This document shows positions 23,289-37,184 of a stretch of DNA of 64,000 bases, in pieces; the stretch's first letter is position 1, and each line of letters starts with the position of its first letter. Both the position numbers and the translations under genes were made by a program. Under the pieces are notes generated by a model, which was not told the DNA's origin, ran no database searches, and saw only the letters and a program-made list of their open reading frames with translations. Source of the DNA: Macrostomum lignano (taxonomy: Eukaryota); assembly GCA_002269645.1 (NCBI GenBank), contig NIVC01000371.1, positions 248,001 to 312,000 on the forward strand. Reading direction: 5' to 3'.

Positions 23289-24122
23289 AGAACCCGGCAC
23301 ACCAAATTCTAGTTAAGTCGGTCTCCTCGGCCCCAGCAGGCAGCAGTGTCGCAGTGCCAGCAGTGCTGGCGGAGAGGAGGGATTGCGCATCCGGCTGGCT
23401 GCGGGCCATAGTGAGAGAGAGAGAGAGAGGGGAAAGCGGGGGGAGAGGGGGAAGGCATGCCAGGCCTACTGCTGACTTGATTTATTTTTAGCCCACATGC
23501 CAACAAGGCGATCCCTGAGGCCCCACTGAGGCAGGGGGCGCGCAGACCCAGGCGTTCCTCTTTTGTCGGCCCCTGCTGAAAAGTCGAGAAGGGTATGACT
23601 GGAACAGAGGGGGGGGGAGCTGGAAGGTCTAGGAGGAGAGGACGGGAGAGAGAAATGCCTGACTTCTCGCGAGAATACGATCCTCGAGATTGAGTATGTA
23701 AAAGGCGACGGGATGAAGGACGAAGCGGGCATGGAGAATCGCTAGGGGAAAGCTTTGTGGGAGCAAAGCAAACAGCTAATGCTCTGTTCGTCCCCTCCAT
23801 CATCCATCTAGTTTGTCGTTGCGGGGTTTGTGTATACAGTACTCATCCCTCCTGAGCAGAGGGCACTCACTCCTGATACCCATGAGCTGGGGAGAGAGGA
23901 TATAGTGAGCTCGAGTTGAATCGACCACTTTCCTCCTCTGAAACTCATGTAGCTGCTTTTGGAGGCCTGTGTGAGCAGCAATCAGCTGCTGCAGCTCCTG
24001 ATGCTCCTAGTAGACAGAGCAGAGATGCTCCTGGGCCGGGCAACAGCAGCAGCGGCTGGTTTCTCTTTTCAAGTGCGAGGTCTGGAGCTGTCCCGTCCAT
24101 CTGTCAGGATTCCCTCATCATA

Positions 24123-24337
24123 TTGTCGCACAACCGGCGAGAGGCATTGCTGCCAATTCCGCCGACTCCCCTGAGCAGGCACACAAGCGTGCGGACACGT
24201 ACGCAGTCATGCCCACAGGCACAAACTCACGCCCCTATCTGCACGAGCGGAGCCAAGCCGAGATTCCAATTTAGCCACAAATTAATGCGACTGCACTGGG
24301 AATCGAGCGCCGCGCCGAACCACTGGTCTGCGGCCCA
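24123..24337 (-). mobile_element. SINE family A copy with an internally shortened head
   Basis: The reverse complement aligns with 5630-5872 (CTCGATTCCCAGTGC, TTAATTTG.GGCT.AATTGGAATCTCGGCTTGG, CCTGCTCAGG.GAGTCGGCGGAA, AATGCCTCTC). Confidence 0.8.
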
Positions 24338-27300
24338 AATCAATCAGAGAAAATAAAACAAAAATTGAAACGTCAAAGTTTCCCACCTATTTGTTTGCGC
24401 TTAACAATGCGCAGTGTTTTAATGCGGTATCGTTTTATTTAAAAAAATAGACACATAAACTGATATTGAATATAAATTAACACAGTGGAAATCGGCAGAA
24501 GAGTTTACAGACGGTATTCCTGATATAGACTTGGTGCTTCAGCTTGCATAGAGATGATTATATATTATAATCTGTGAGTCACCAGTCTATGCCAGGCACA
24601 CGCCAGCCTGTTAGCAATTACAATTATACAAATCTGGGTTGATATCGGGCAGCTTTAGGTCCGGTTAATCCTGACATCTTTTGGTGCTAGATGGAGCAGC
24701 ATGCACTGTCAATGCGACAAGCACTCGGCTGCCGATGCTGCTCTGGCGCAGTCCAGCAACAAAAACTGTCAGGCTTTTCCAATATTTGCGGACCAACATG
24801 AATTAGAAAGTTTTTTGTGGAGTCTGCATGGTAGAGATTAGGTGTAGAGTTTAATAGCAGCGAAGAATAATTACTTACCATCAAGTTGATGCATGTGGAT
24901 GTGCTGCGGCTCGCCTCAGCTTCTCTCTTTTCGCGAGCGCTTTCGGCCACTCGGCGGGGCCGGGATGGTTCTATAATAAAATAAGTAGGGATGGGAGCGA
25001 GGGAAGAGGGGAGAGAGACAGGACGGGGGGAGAGGAAAGGGGAAGAGAGGAGTCTCTCTCCCGTCCACAGCATCCGCCCGGGACCTGATGGGGACGAGAT
25101 TATGGTAAGCTGATGCTGGGATAAGGGGACGCGGATTTCGTAGCGATGGTTAAGCTGGATAGCCACGCACACTGGCTAAGCCAGCCTCTCACTCTCCTCT
25201 TCTCCCTTCATCGACTTGGCCGCTGGAAGCCGGGAGGAAAGAGAAGGAAGAAAGAAAAAGAGGGACAGAAAGTTTCCCCGGTAGAGGACCACTGGGCCAA
25301 CAACCACGCAAGGCTATCGCTCGCGGTTCCCGATGGAATCTCGAGGTAAGTCTTGGTGAGGGCCCGGCGCTTGCCAATTCTTCTCCTACCTGATGAGGCC
25401 TTCGGGTTATTTCTGGGGATGCGGGAGGGTGGGTTGGTGAGAGGACAAATGAAAAGTGTGGCACTCAGCTGCTCAGGTCGTGTACTGAGAACTAACTTGT
25501 CGCCCATAGCAACTACAGGACAGTCCACTTGCACCGATCAATAAGCAGACGGTGCCTGGCCTATTAGTAAAATCGCTTGCCGCACACATCGGCTGTCTCA
25601 AGCCGTATCCTCTAGCCACTCAATACGGAACGAGCTAGCAGGGGTCTTGTTATCCGAATCAGCCAAGGGGAAGAAAGCGAAATAGGAATAATAATTATGG
25701 CAAGCGGAAGCTGTGTTGTAGACCGGGATTTCTTCGTAGTCCGTGAGAAATACGCACCGCTATATACCGGAGGAGAGGAGACTGCTGTTGCTGCAATTTC
25801 GATTGAGTATGCTGAGGAAACGGGTTATAGGAAGACTGGGTTGAGGTGGGAGGCTCCCGGGGGGAATCGGGAAAGGGGAGAAATGCACAATAGAGAGAAT
25901 AATATCGTAGGGTTGGGGTGAAGGAGGGCGGTGGCAGCGGCAGCAGCAAGCGGAATTTCTGCCTTGCAAACTGAGAGAGAGAGAGAGAGAGAGAGAGCCG
26001 CACAGGCTGAGCACAGGGGACCGGAGTGCCGTCAGAGGTAGCCATAGAAACCCCCCCTGAGCCACAAGCCCTTGGCTTATTCTGTCCCTCCAGGCAGAGT
26101 ATAGGGGCAGAGAAACAGCTAGCTATCTGGCCGGCTCCTCCGTGAGGAACGGGACGCCAGTAATGCGGTATTGATTTTAGGTCCTGGCTAAGCCTTGACT
26201 ATAGCTGTGGGTAAGTGACTGGACTGACTGACTGCATGGCCGCCCGCCCCACCCCGGAGGCATTGCTCCACGCATGCGAGGCTGCCAGCAGTGGGAGCTG
26301 GCAATGGGGATATTTGGGCGTGACCAGGACGATCGGATCAAGTAGGGAGGAGGAGGGGGGGCTTAATGCTCAATCTTCTGCAGAGTGTACAGCTTCTTTT
26401 TCACGCGATCGCTTTTTATACCTTGGTTCGAAAATGTAAGTTACGAGATTTCTGAGAGGAGACTTTGCTATGGTGTGTGCGTCTGTGTGTGTGTGACTTA
26501 CCAGATATTGGCGGCTCCGCAGCAGCAGCAGCACAATCTATCCAATTATAGGAAAGTCCTGATTGCCCATTTTTATATCGGGAGGACTCGTGGGATTTCT
26601 CTGTGCCGCTTTAGGGTCTGGTCGGTGGTCCCGAGCAGCTTATAAAGAAAGAGCTTTGACTGTGGGGAATTTTGGGGATTTTTTAGCTCACCAGGAGGGC
26701 GCGTGGGAAACCTGAGGAGGGAGCTACTGAGCAGCAACAAAAATCTTAGCGTTTTGGTGAAGTCAAGCGGACTTGGAAAGCGTGCAGAATTGAGTTTTAG
26801 TGTCGGGTGTGGGGAAACAGGCAGACTGGAGGAGATTTCGTGTTGGGGATTTGGGATTAGCTTAGCTGTGTGGGGATATATTGGTCTGGAGGGGGGGATT
26901 GGATTGGAGGCTACAGCGCGTGGCGCAGAAGCGCAGGCCTCGGGTGATTCACTCGGCTGTCCCTCCTCAACCTCCTCCCCCCCAGCTGGAAGCGCGCACG
27001 AAATCCCATTTTGGGCGGCCGGAAGGCTGGACGAAGGGGAGGAGGGTTATTGTGGGGATTAAGGCCGGCTTGGCCGCCAGCTTGCAGGGCCAGAAATCTG
27101 CGCTGGCACTGAGTCACGTCAAGGCCCGCAAATTGAAAGGCATTTGTAGAGAAAAAATATATTGTAGGCTTCTAAATCGCTCACCTCTAAACTGCTTCTG
27201 CGTGGCCCACTCTCTCTTTGCATTGCTCCTTAGATCGTGTCCGCGCCTCATTGGTTCTGCAAGGCTGCCCTGACTTGCGCCTCCGTGAGCCCGCCTAGCT

Positions 27301-27356
27301 GGTCAAGTTTTGTGCAGAAATTGATTCTGCATTATTAATTGTGCAATTATTAATTG

Positions 27357-28058
<702 letters not shown>

Positions 28059-30309
28059 TGTCAGTTTTTAGAACCTATGGGTCAAAAATTTTCGGTCTGT
28101 TTGGTTGTTTAGATGTCCTTGATGCTTTGTAATCGAAAGAATGGCTAAATAAGGATGAAGAATCTCTTCAAGGGGTCCAAAATATTGCATCGTAATAGGT
28201 AAACTCTAATCGAACACAAGCTCCCAAGCTGCTAAGGTTATTACGCAATAACACTCAAGGAAGCAAATAACTTTTTTACAGCTAAATTCTTCAGTTAAAT
28301 GCGCAGCAGGTAAAATTCCAACTTTTCAAAACCATTTCAATCCTGTGCACTCATTCGCTTGGCCGGCATGCGGCAGATCTCGGGATGAGATTAAGCTTCG
28401 AACTGCGGACAGGCTTGGGTGGTAAACACAAGCACAAGTGGAAGGGGTCGCCCTAGCTGCTTATTACTGTTGTTTAAGTGGGAATAGGCATGAAAAAATG
28501 AAGGACCAAGATGCTGGAAGGCAGCTGTGTAAACAGACTTGACTTTATCGAGTAGGTTTTGTGAGTCCCAATTTACTTCTGTGTTTTAGCCTGTATTGAA
28601 TAAGCGATGAGATAACCAACTAATATACCAGGTCAAACTTTATAGAGGCTCAGTAAAAAGCACTGAAAACTAGGTTACTGCTTGATGGTCATTCTCTACG
28701 CTAAACTTTTGGCTGAAAGTTTTTAAAATACTAGTTTGGTTCTTTGAATTCTTTAAACAAGCTGGTGCATATATGACCAGATTAACGTACTGCCCATTTT
28801 TTATATATTCTGATCCATGCATTAACTACTGCAAGACGTCAATAGCAACTTAGTTTTAAAAAAGCTATAATATAGCACGATACTGAATGACTTCTTATTA
28901 CAGCTAATAATTTAATTTTTCAGACTACGTAAAGCGTATAATTTATTCTTACGATTATTTTCATTCAGTTCTGGATTAAATTACAAATTTTAATGCCAAA
29001 CGATTGGGAAAATATAGAACTAAGATCAACAACGCCTTATGTAGATATTAATAAAAATTGAACAACCACATTTAATAAATTTCAAAAGCTAACTCATGCT
29101 TTTAGAATTCAGAATAAAGTTTTCAAAATAAAGATTGTGCACCCGAAAAACAATAAAATTATACTTTAGCTGCTTAAAGTAAATTAAAGTAAAGTTAGAG
29201 ATCAATGCTTTTTTATCAATAACATCTTAATTTAAAGAGACCTGTCTTTCTAAAGATTAACAGGATTGATTTCGACTATCGCTATAACATGGCACAGTTA
29301 AAAAGGCAGTTAAAATAATGATTCATGCGTGTCAAATGTCATCAATTTCGTGTATCGATGTAAACAATATGATTTTCACAGAAGAATAATTTGTTGTTCC
29401 TGTACAAGAATACAAGTATAAACACTTTTTGATGACAAATAAATGAAATTGACGTGGTAACAGTATGGTTAGTTATTGTATATGGTAATAAATTTGTTAA
29501 GGTTTAAATACGCAACTTTAAAATGCCGGAAACATTTAAAAGAAAAATTTCAGGTAGCCAGATAAAAACCTTGTAGTTGTCGAATAATAAAGTTACTTGA
29601 AAGACGATTAGATGATGCACCATGTTTGTAAGGTGATGCACTTTAAGTTTATGTAATGTAACCGTATGTAATCTTTATATCTTTATTAATTACATTAACA
29701 GAATGGACCCAGGTCTAATGGACCACGACCTCTAGAAAGTAATATCTATGTACATAATATTATAACATAGTTTATTCAATCAAGGACTACTATATTAAGC
29801 CTAATTAATATTAAATTTGAAATAAATTAGGCTTAAGCTAAGACTTTACAGTGTAGGCATAGCATAGGTCTACAATTATAGGGGGGCCTAAGTATCAACT
29901 AAAAGTAAGACAGCATTACCATTAGGCCATTTTTCCTACCTAGGCTAGGCCTTAGGCCTTAGTTAGAGTTACTTTCTAATTGTGTTAGGCCTACTTACTT
30001 TGACTTAGCTGCAGGGGGCTCTGTGCATCTAGAAATAGCAAGGAGGCATTGCTGCCATTTTGCTAACCCCTAGCCCTAGCAATCATCAGCAGCTAATGCT
30101 GCAATGTCACATAGGTGCAGTGCAGGGAGTTCTGATAGTACCAGTGTCCACAGTGCAGTACCCCTCCATTTGGAGAGTCCAGGAGGTAGATTGTCACTGG
30201 CCTAGGCCTAGTAGTAGTAGCCCTTAGATAGCAGATAAGTTAACAGAGATTCTTAGGCCTAAAAAATGTTAGAGGTCTGGGTTTAGGTTTGGGCCAAGGT
30301 AGGTGAGCC

Positions 30310-30870
30310 TATCCTAAGTAAAAGTGGGATATTCACAGATAAAATGCTCTATATTCTTGACACCAAAGAGGCAAAATGGGCATTCTTTATTGTGACAATG
30401 CGACCAAGTGACAAGGTGACAATGTCTAGCAAAATAGCCATGACCTGAGAAGGTCATAGTTACTGCCTTGATGTCCCTGCAATTGAGTCGAAGCAAGGCC
30501 CTGCACAGGACAAAAAAGTTTAAGGGACAACCATGCAAGATTGCTGGCAGTTGGGGGCATTAGGCCTAGCCTACCTCTCCTTATGTTTAAAAGCTACCCA
30601 TTTGTTGATCCAAGTGATGACAATGGCGATAAAGGTAGGGCCATAGGCAAGGGACTAGTAAAAGTACTATTCGAGCTAGCCTTAGCTAGGCAATCAGCCA
30701 GCTTGTTGCTGGGGTGGCCTAAGTGCCCAGGGGTCTACTTTAGAGACACCTTGTTAGAGGCACCTAAGTGATTGAGCTACCCAATATAGTCAAGGACTAT
30801 TCACAAGCAGGTGATAATGCGCTTAAGGCGTAAGGGCTTAGATTGCTGCTTGACTGTCCAAGTGGAGTGT
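30310..30870 (-). pseudogene. Relic of a non-LTR retrotransposon ORF2 C-terminus (RNase H plus CCHC zinc-finger region; I/LOA-like)
   Basis: Minus-strand frames read HLDSQAAI*AL, LNHLGASNKVSLK*TPGHLGHPSNKLADCLAK (RNase H motifs DSQAA and WVPGHxGxxGNExAD), then TFSGHGYFARHCH...CPFCLFGVKNIEHFICEYP. Confidence 0.85.
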
Positions 30871-32085
30871 GTTAGGCCTAGGCAATAGGTCTATATAAAA
30901 GTTGCTATTGGGAGTTATTAATATTAAGAGTATATAGTGGCTAAGTCTATAGCCTTAGGCTCTTAAACCTTCTAATTAGTATTGACAAATAAAAATTCAC
31001 AAAAGCATACATAAATTATGCATAAGAAAAAAGAATAAGTATGTTGAAATTTTAAGCAATGATGCTATTGCCACTTGTATCAAAGGCCATTCATTGCCTT
31101 ACACTCTAACTTCTAATAAACCCTCTATTATTATTGTCATAAACCTTAGCTTAGCCTATATAATAAAATGTTAACTCTATGATATAATAAAAGATCTTCT
31201 GAAGAGAATATTGTTTTCTCTTTTAAATTTTATATATAGACTATGGTTACTATAATAAAAATAATACTAACACTGTTTATATAGTTATGATTTTCATATG
31301 TAAAGATTAAGTTTAATAAAAAAATTTTTGTTTAGTCACAAGGTGTTTTCAATCTATTAATCTTTAGCACAACTAAATACAAAAGTATGCCAAATATCAA
31401 CTAGCTTTTTATTATATAGATAAATATATCTAAGTCTATAGGCTATAGATGTATACTCTTAGTTTATAATGCTAACCAATTTTTTAATTGGCATTGCTTA
31501 TCCCTCTTAAACAATCTTAATTTCACATAATTATTTTCTTGAAATTTGCAATTTTAATGGGTTTGGAATGATATAGCTTGAAAGATTTTTTCTGGCACAA
31601 AATCTGACTATTAGTATTAGCTTGGGTAGGTTGACTAATCAATAGTAAGTCAATAAAGAGCAAAAGCAGTAGAATAATAACTTTTAACTTAAGCAGTCAT
31701 ACAAATTAGTTGTTTTACTACACTATTAAAACCATTGCTAGCTACTTATTTGCACTTATAACCATTGTTTAGTATTGCTTTTTTATCTATAAGACTTTTT
31801 ACTAGCTTCACTACTTGATAATTAACTATCTATCTGTTGAAACTTGTTAATTTTTCTGTGATGAAGGTATGCTTCTGCCTTAAAAGCTGACACCAAAGTT
31901 GTCCCAGAGGTTTTCAGTTTTCTCTTTTGTTTATATATTTGATTGCTGATACTAAATTTGTAATAGTGCCATATCAATCCTACCACAATTATCAAAGCTA
32001 TGAATAAGGTTTTCTTTGTTTCTAATAAATTCAAACATGTTTTATTAATTCTATCATGTTGTTATCATGCTTGGGTGCAACCTAG

Positions 32086-32249
32086 GGATTCATTCTGCCA
32101 TTTTTAATAGCAACACACACACACAAACACATAAGTCACTATTGGATAGAATAGTCACATGGCTACTCTCAGCCAATAGCAACTTGCAACTTGCATGTGC
32201 ATGTTGCCAATAGAAACAGCCAGGTGATTCCCAATATTGCGCATTCATG
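32086..32249. mobile_element. Hairpin MITE, degenerate (CpG-depleted) copy of the element at 48575-48745
   Basis: Colinear with 48575-48745 over its length (CATGCTTGGG.GCAACCTAGGGATTCA...CTCTCAGCCAATAGC...GTTGCCAATAGAAAC.GCC.GGTGATTCCCAA). Confidence 0.85.
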
Positions 32250-33189
32250 GTTGTTATAAGGTTTTGTTTTACTAATTTTGAATCTTAGCCTTAGCCACTG
32301 CCACCAAAGTTGTTATAAGGCTTTCCCTTGTCTTTTATAGATATTCTGCTGCTAAGCCACCAAAGTTATCCTAGATGGTTCCCCTGTCTCTTGTAAATTC
32401 AATTTGCTAATATTACTGTTGTCTTGTCACCAAGTTTTATTAGACTATAATTAACCTCTGAGCATAAGTCTTAGAATAGAATTTTTAGGAAAGTCTTAGA
32501 ATAGATCTGAGTATAGGTCTATATGTAGGTCTAAGAATCATTCTAAATATAAGTCTAAATACATATCTGAGTATTTCTTACTTCTTACTAGTAGTATTCC
32601 TATTCTATATTAGTAGTATTCTTATTCTATACTTGTAGTAGTCTTATTCTATATTGGTGTAGTAGTATAGTTATACTACTAAGTACTGAAATTCAATATT
32701 GCCTATTCCACTGACTTTTTTGAGTAGACACACACTCATAAGGGAAGTATACAATGACCCTAACCTTATTTATTATTAGACTTAAGAGCAAAAATGAAGA
32801 GATTATAAACCCTAGGGCCTAGCCAATATTCCAATTTAGCCCCAATTTTATCTGACTACACTTAGTATTAAGCTTAGGCTGCTAGCATGAGAGCATTGTA
32901 TCGAAGCATCAAAGTCGCAGTTCGATTTAGTTATTAGTCAGTTTTCAACTAGTTATATCGATTTTATACTAGCTCGCAGTAATTGCTTTAGTATCTTCAC
33001 TACTTCCTACTGAAAGTAGAGTAGTTTGATTTTAGCGTGACATATTTATACAGCAATTGAAACGCGCCATTCCAGTCCGCTTATCCCAACACGGTCGGCT
33101 TGGGCAGCCTGCAGCCGCCGGCCGCTGTTTCCAAGCAGAAACGCAGCGGCAACAATAGCAAAGCCCGGTTCAGCTTGGATACGAGAGTT

Positions 33190-33645
33190 ATGACCACGGC
33201 CAGAAGCTCCGATTCACCATCCAGTGGTCGGCCTTATCGTTGCCCGCAATGCCCGAAAGATTTCGCCGAGGACAAAGGCTTAAAACGACATTTATTGATC
33301 CATACTGGTAATAAGCCATTTCCGTGTCTCACCTGCGGCCTGAGGGTTGCTTCTAATTGGCACATGCGGCGGCACCTGCGGGCTAATCCCGATCATCAGC
33401 CGGCTTCGACTCCGACTAATAATAATAACATCAATAGTAGTAGCAATAGTAGTAATAATACTAATGCGGCTCCCTGCAGTCAGTCGGGCAGTGGCCTGCA
33501 TCAGCAACCGCAGCAGCCGCTGCCACCGCTTGCTCCTCATGTTATGGGCCATTCTACCGGCCCTACTGCCACTGCTGCTAATAACAGCAATGCGGCATTA
33601 AAATCGGCCAGCCATCACAAGCCGTCGGATATACTCTATTTTTAA
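33190..33645 (+). CDS. C2H2 zinc-finger protein (2 fingers, N/Q-rich tail); may be the last exon of a longer gene (possible acceptor at 33075)
   Basis: YRCPQCPKDFAEDKGLKRHLLIH-TGNKPF-PCLTCGLRVASNWHMRRHLRANPDH. GC-rich island; the frame is open from 33061 to the stop at 33645. Confidence 0.85.
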   Translation: MTTARSSDSPSSGRPYRCPQCPKDFAEDKGLKRHLLIHTGNKPFPCLTCGLRVASNWHMRRHLRANPDHQPASTPTNNNNINSSSNSSNNTNAAPCSQSGSGLHQQPQQPLPPLAPHVMGHSTGPTATAANNSNAALKSASHHKPSDILYF

Positions 33646-36600
33646 TACTGTTTTAGCAAGTGTTTTGAGAATCTCTATAATTGAACTACACTATTACTAT
33701 AGATTAAATTCAGCCGGTCCAGTACCTTCGATAAATTAAGAGATAAAAATTATTATTATACCTAGAATAGTAGGTAATTGCTCGTATGAAATAAATAAAT
33801 TATTATTTTATCTGATACTTTACTGAGAGTAGAAATATAAGAAAAAATTTTCGTAAAAAAAAAACGAATATCTTCACTATACTACTAGTAAAAGTACTTG
33901 TTTTTTATTTAAACACCGCACAACACAGATCAATTTAAAATCGAATCATTTAAGCCACAGAACTTGATTCGAATACAGAATTTTCCGCAGCAACCTCTCG
34001 CAGTCTTGACTTCCTCTTGATTGGCTTCTATGTCTATGGTCGAATGTACTTTTATGGCAATGCCTGCTCCAGTGAATGTGAATCCCCAATTTGTTTTACA
34101 TGTAATTTTCAAATTGACCCAAATCTGTCTTTAAACTAAAAATCAGTAGAATTATTACAGTACTAGCATTCTTCCTTGCTTTAAAGTCTATAACAGCTGA
34201 AGTGAATTCTGTTATATGACAGATAACAGACCAGAGACTACTTTAGTATTTGATATGTACTTTTATCTGAAAGGTATTCACATTCACTTATATCACCCCA
34301 GTTCACGATCCCTAAACTTTAAAATCCGTAAAATAGCGTAATATTCATTGGCGCTACTGTTAGTAGCCTGATTCTATTCGTTCGAGGTACTAATAAAACT
34401 GTTGAAGGGCTGTCTTATAGTATAACTTTTATCAAGTCTGCATTATTCTGTTTTTTGCATGACTTATCCGTTCTGAGACTGTGAATTGAGAATAATAATT
34501 GTTATGAGTATATTCTAGCTTTTGAAAACATTTTCTTCTCTTAAAATGTAAATGCATAATTTAAAATTACAGTGTACAGAGATTTATTCGTCTATCCTGT
34601 GTTTCGCTATGCTAATTCTCTAAATGAGCTCTTATGTTATCGTTACTCTCATTATTGAATAAATCCTAGTAAATATTGCGTCATAATAGACAACAATAAC
34701 CAATTGTATTTTACTTTCTTTCACTACGTTTTGAGCTGTGTATTGTTTCGCATATATAAGTTGCTAAATAAGTGATGCTGACTGATAAATGTTATTTAAA
34801 GTAAATACAAAGTGCATGTTCTATGACTATATTTCACCACTGTATAATCGAAATCAATTTCGGCGTACATAGTTTGTTGTACTGTAATAGATTTTGAGTG
34901 AAAGACCAATTTTATCCCAACAATTTCATTTACATGTATTATCCTTACAGTGAAATATAAGTGTATTGTTGCACATACAGTATTTAGAATGTATGTAATA
35001 CATGTAAAGAGCAAATGTATGAAAATGTTTTTTTCGAAAATGAGCGATTCCTAAAAAAACCACGCAGTCGAAAACATTTAACAAATGATTGTCCAGCAAA
35101 GAAACGCAGTCTACTATTGAGGAATGCATGTACAAGCTATACATGTACATTTTGTGTCAATAGGGGATGCATGTACAATACATCGCATATCGATTCTGTC
35201 TACAGGTTCTACATATATCCCGCAGAATTTTACCTCTTCCGAAATTATTACATCGTTGCCATGTCACCGCCCAGCTTGACAGAAATATTTTAACATTAAA
35301 ACTGTTGTTTGGTTGCAGCAGGTAAATTTTGTTCTGCATTTACATATCTGACTCCCTTATCATAATTCAGTCAAAAAACTAAAAGGTCATGCATTTCCAT
35401 GGAAAATCTTGCATATTCGAAAATTTTAATTAAGGACTCCTGCTGCACAGGTGTAGTCAGTGTCAACAACACCACTGAATACTTAATGTATATATAAGTG
35501 TTTCAATTAGATATTAATAGTCAGTTTTATAAAGGACCATTGTAAATACAGTGGTTTATTGAGTTTTATTTTACAGACTTATGAAGAAAATTTCGCGGCC
35601 GATTTATAGCATGATTATAGTAGTGCTTCATTAGTAGTCCTTATTTAGAAGTGCTTCATTCTGAATAAGAAACCTTAATCTTAAATGAGTAATAATAACA
35701 TAATCTATTATTATTATTAGTAAAATAAAAAATTACTTTTTTATCAATAATTACTATTACTACAGTTAGTACTATTACTATATTACTAGAGTATAGTAAC
35801 AGTTAATAATGGTTTCTAAGCCTCGTTAAAAATTCGGTAGCATTGTAATAGCAAACTACATAAAATAACCTCCAATAATTGGTTTGTTTCAAAAACAAGT
35901 TTTAATTGATACTGAACGTTATTACTAAAATATAAGCAAAATGGCAGATCACAATTTGTTGTACTGAAATTATTGCACCGTTAAAGTTATCGCATTTAAT
36001 TTGAGTATTTGTTTGTATTTTTTAATTACCATAATAACCAAGGCCCTAGAATCAAATCCAGTCCAGTTTGAGTTCTCAGACTCTTCATAAAGGTAGCTTG
36101 CGTTTTCTTAACGTAATTATCTGGTGCTTCAAATGGCTATGTATAGTTAGCGCTTTATAGTATCCTTTGACTTGCCCTGTAGGCTAATAAACCTTGAATT
36201 CTTGAAATTGCTGAAGTTAAGTCCTTTGTTATATTAATAAAATGTCAATGTCATAGCAGTAGTAACATCATTGTTGTCGGATATTTTTAATATTTGGCAT
36301 ACCATTGTCAATTTAAAATGAGTAATATGTATTGGATTAATCTAGAGCAACCATTTCTATATTTGTCAAATTGTTCTATTTTAGCAAAAAATTTGTTAAC
36401 TTTTTACATTAATTTGCATTAACATTAATTGAGGTTGAGTGCTTAATAAAGCAAACTATCAAACTAGAGCTGATCATTTAGTGTTTGGAATGATTTTATG
36501 CTTGTGGAATATAGCAATATTCTGTAGTATTTTAATTAATGCATGATGATTTTTGGGCCTATTTAATAATCTTTCTTTACTCAAGAAATGATATTATTAT

Positions 36601-37184
36601 ATGCAGTAGACTATGAATTAAATATATAACTAATGTACAAAATTGCTGAATGATAGTAGATTCATAATGAAAGAGTCTTTTTAGCTCATGAATAAAAAAG
36701 CATATTAGATTAGAAAATAGAATACAAACTTATTTCTAAATTTTATTAAATGAAAAACTATGTTTGAATAATAAACTTTGTAATTATAGACTATTTTTAT
36801 CATTGTGATCATTGTTATGATAAAAATATGATAGATTTATGATTAAAGTTATGATTAAATTATCTTTTAATATAATACTTTTGTATTAAAATACAAATAT
36901 GCTATACATTAGACATTAGCAGTTATTAAATTAATAAAAAACTATCTATTCTAATATAAATATATGAAAAGGGATTTAAAACAATATTTACTATACTTAC
37001 TCAGTCAACAATTCTTGAGGCCTAGAAGTTCTATATCTAAGTTATGTGTTATTAGGTATTCCACTTTAATATATAAGTGCAAAAGCATTGCTATAAGGGG
37101 CTCACAAATATTTTCTATTTTTACTTTTTTATTCCAGATTTAAAACAGTCGCTGCACTGCTCAGATCACCTACAGCCAACAGCC

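Noticed and set aside
22932-23316. TAGTTAA direct repeats flanking the 16-bp array as a possible TSD
   Set aside because: A 7-bp AT-rich match with no TIRs or poly(A) tail could arise by chance.
25390-25415. CTGATGA-GGCC-TTCG-GGTT hammerhead-like start; also CTGATGAG at ~17965
   Set aside because: No GAAA after the putative stem II and no closing helices.
28110-28300. Possible CR1/L2 reverse-transcriptase tail remnant (WLNKDEESLQGVQNIAS)
   Set aside because: Only a few residues match and stops follow immediately; not supportable without a search.
31822-32034. 70-aa minus-strand ORF with a hydrophobic stretch
   Set aside because: Non-ATG start, lies in the CpG-depleted AT-rich zone, no recognisable motif.
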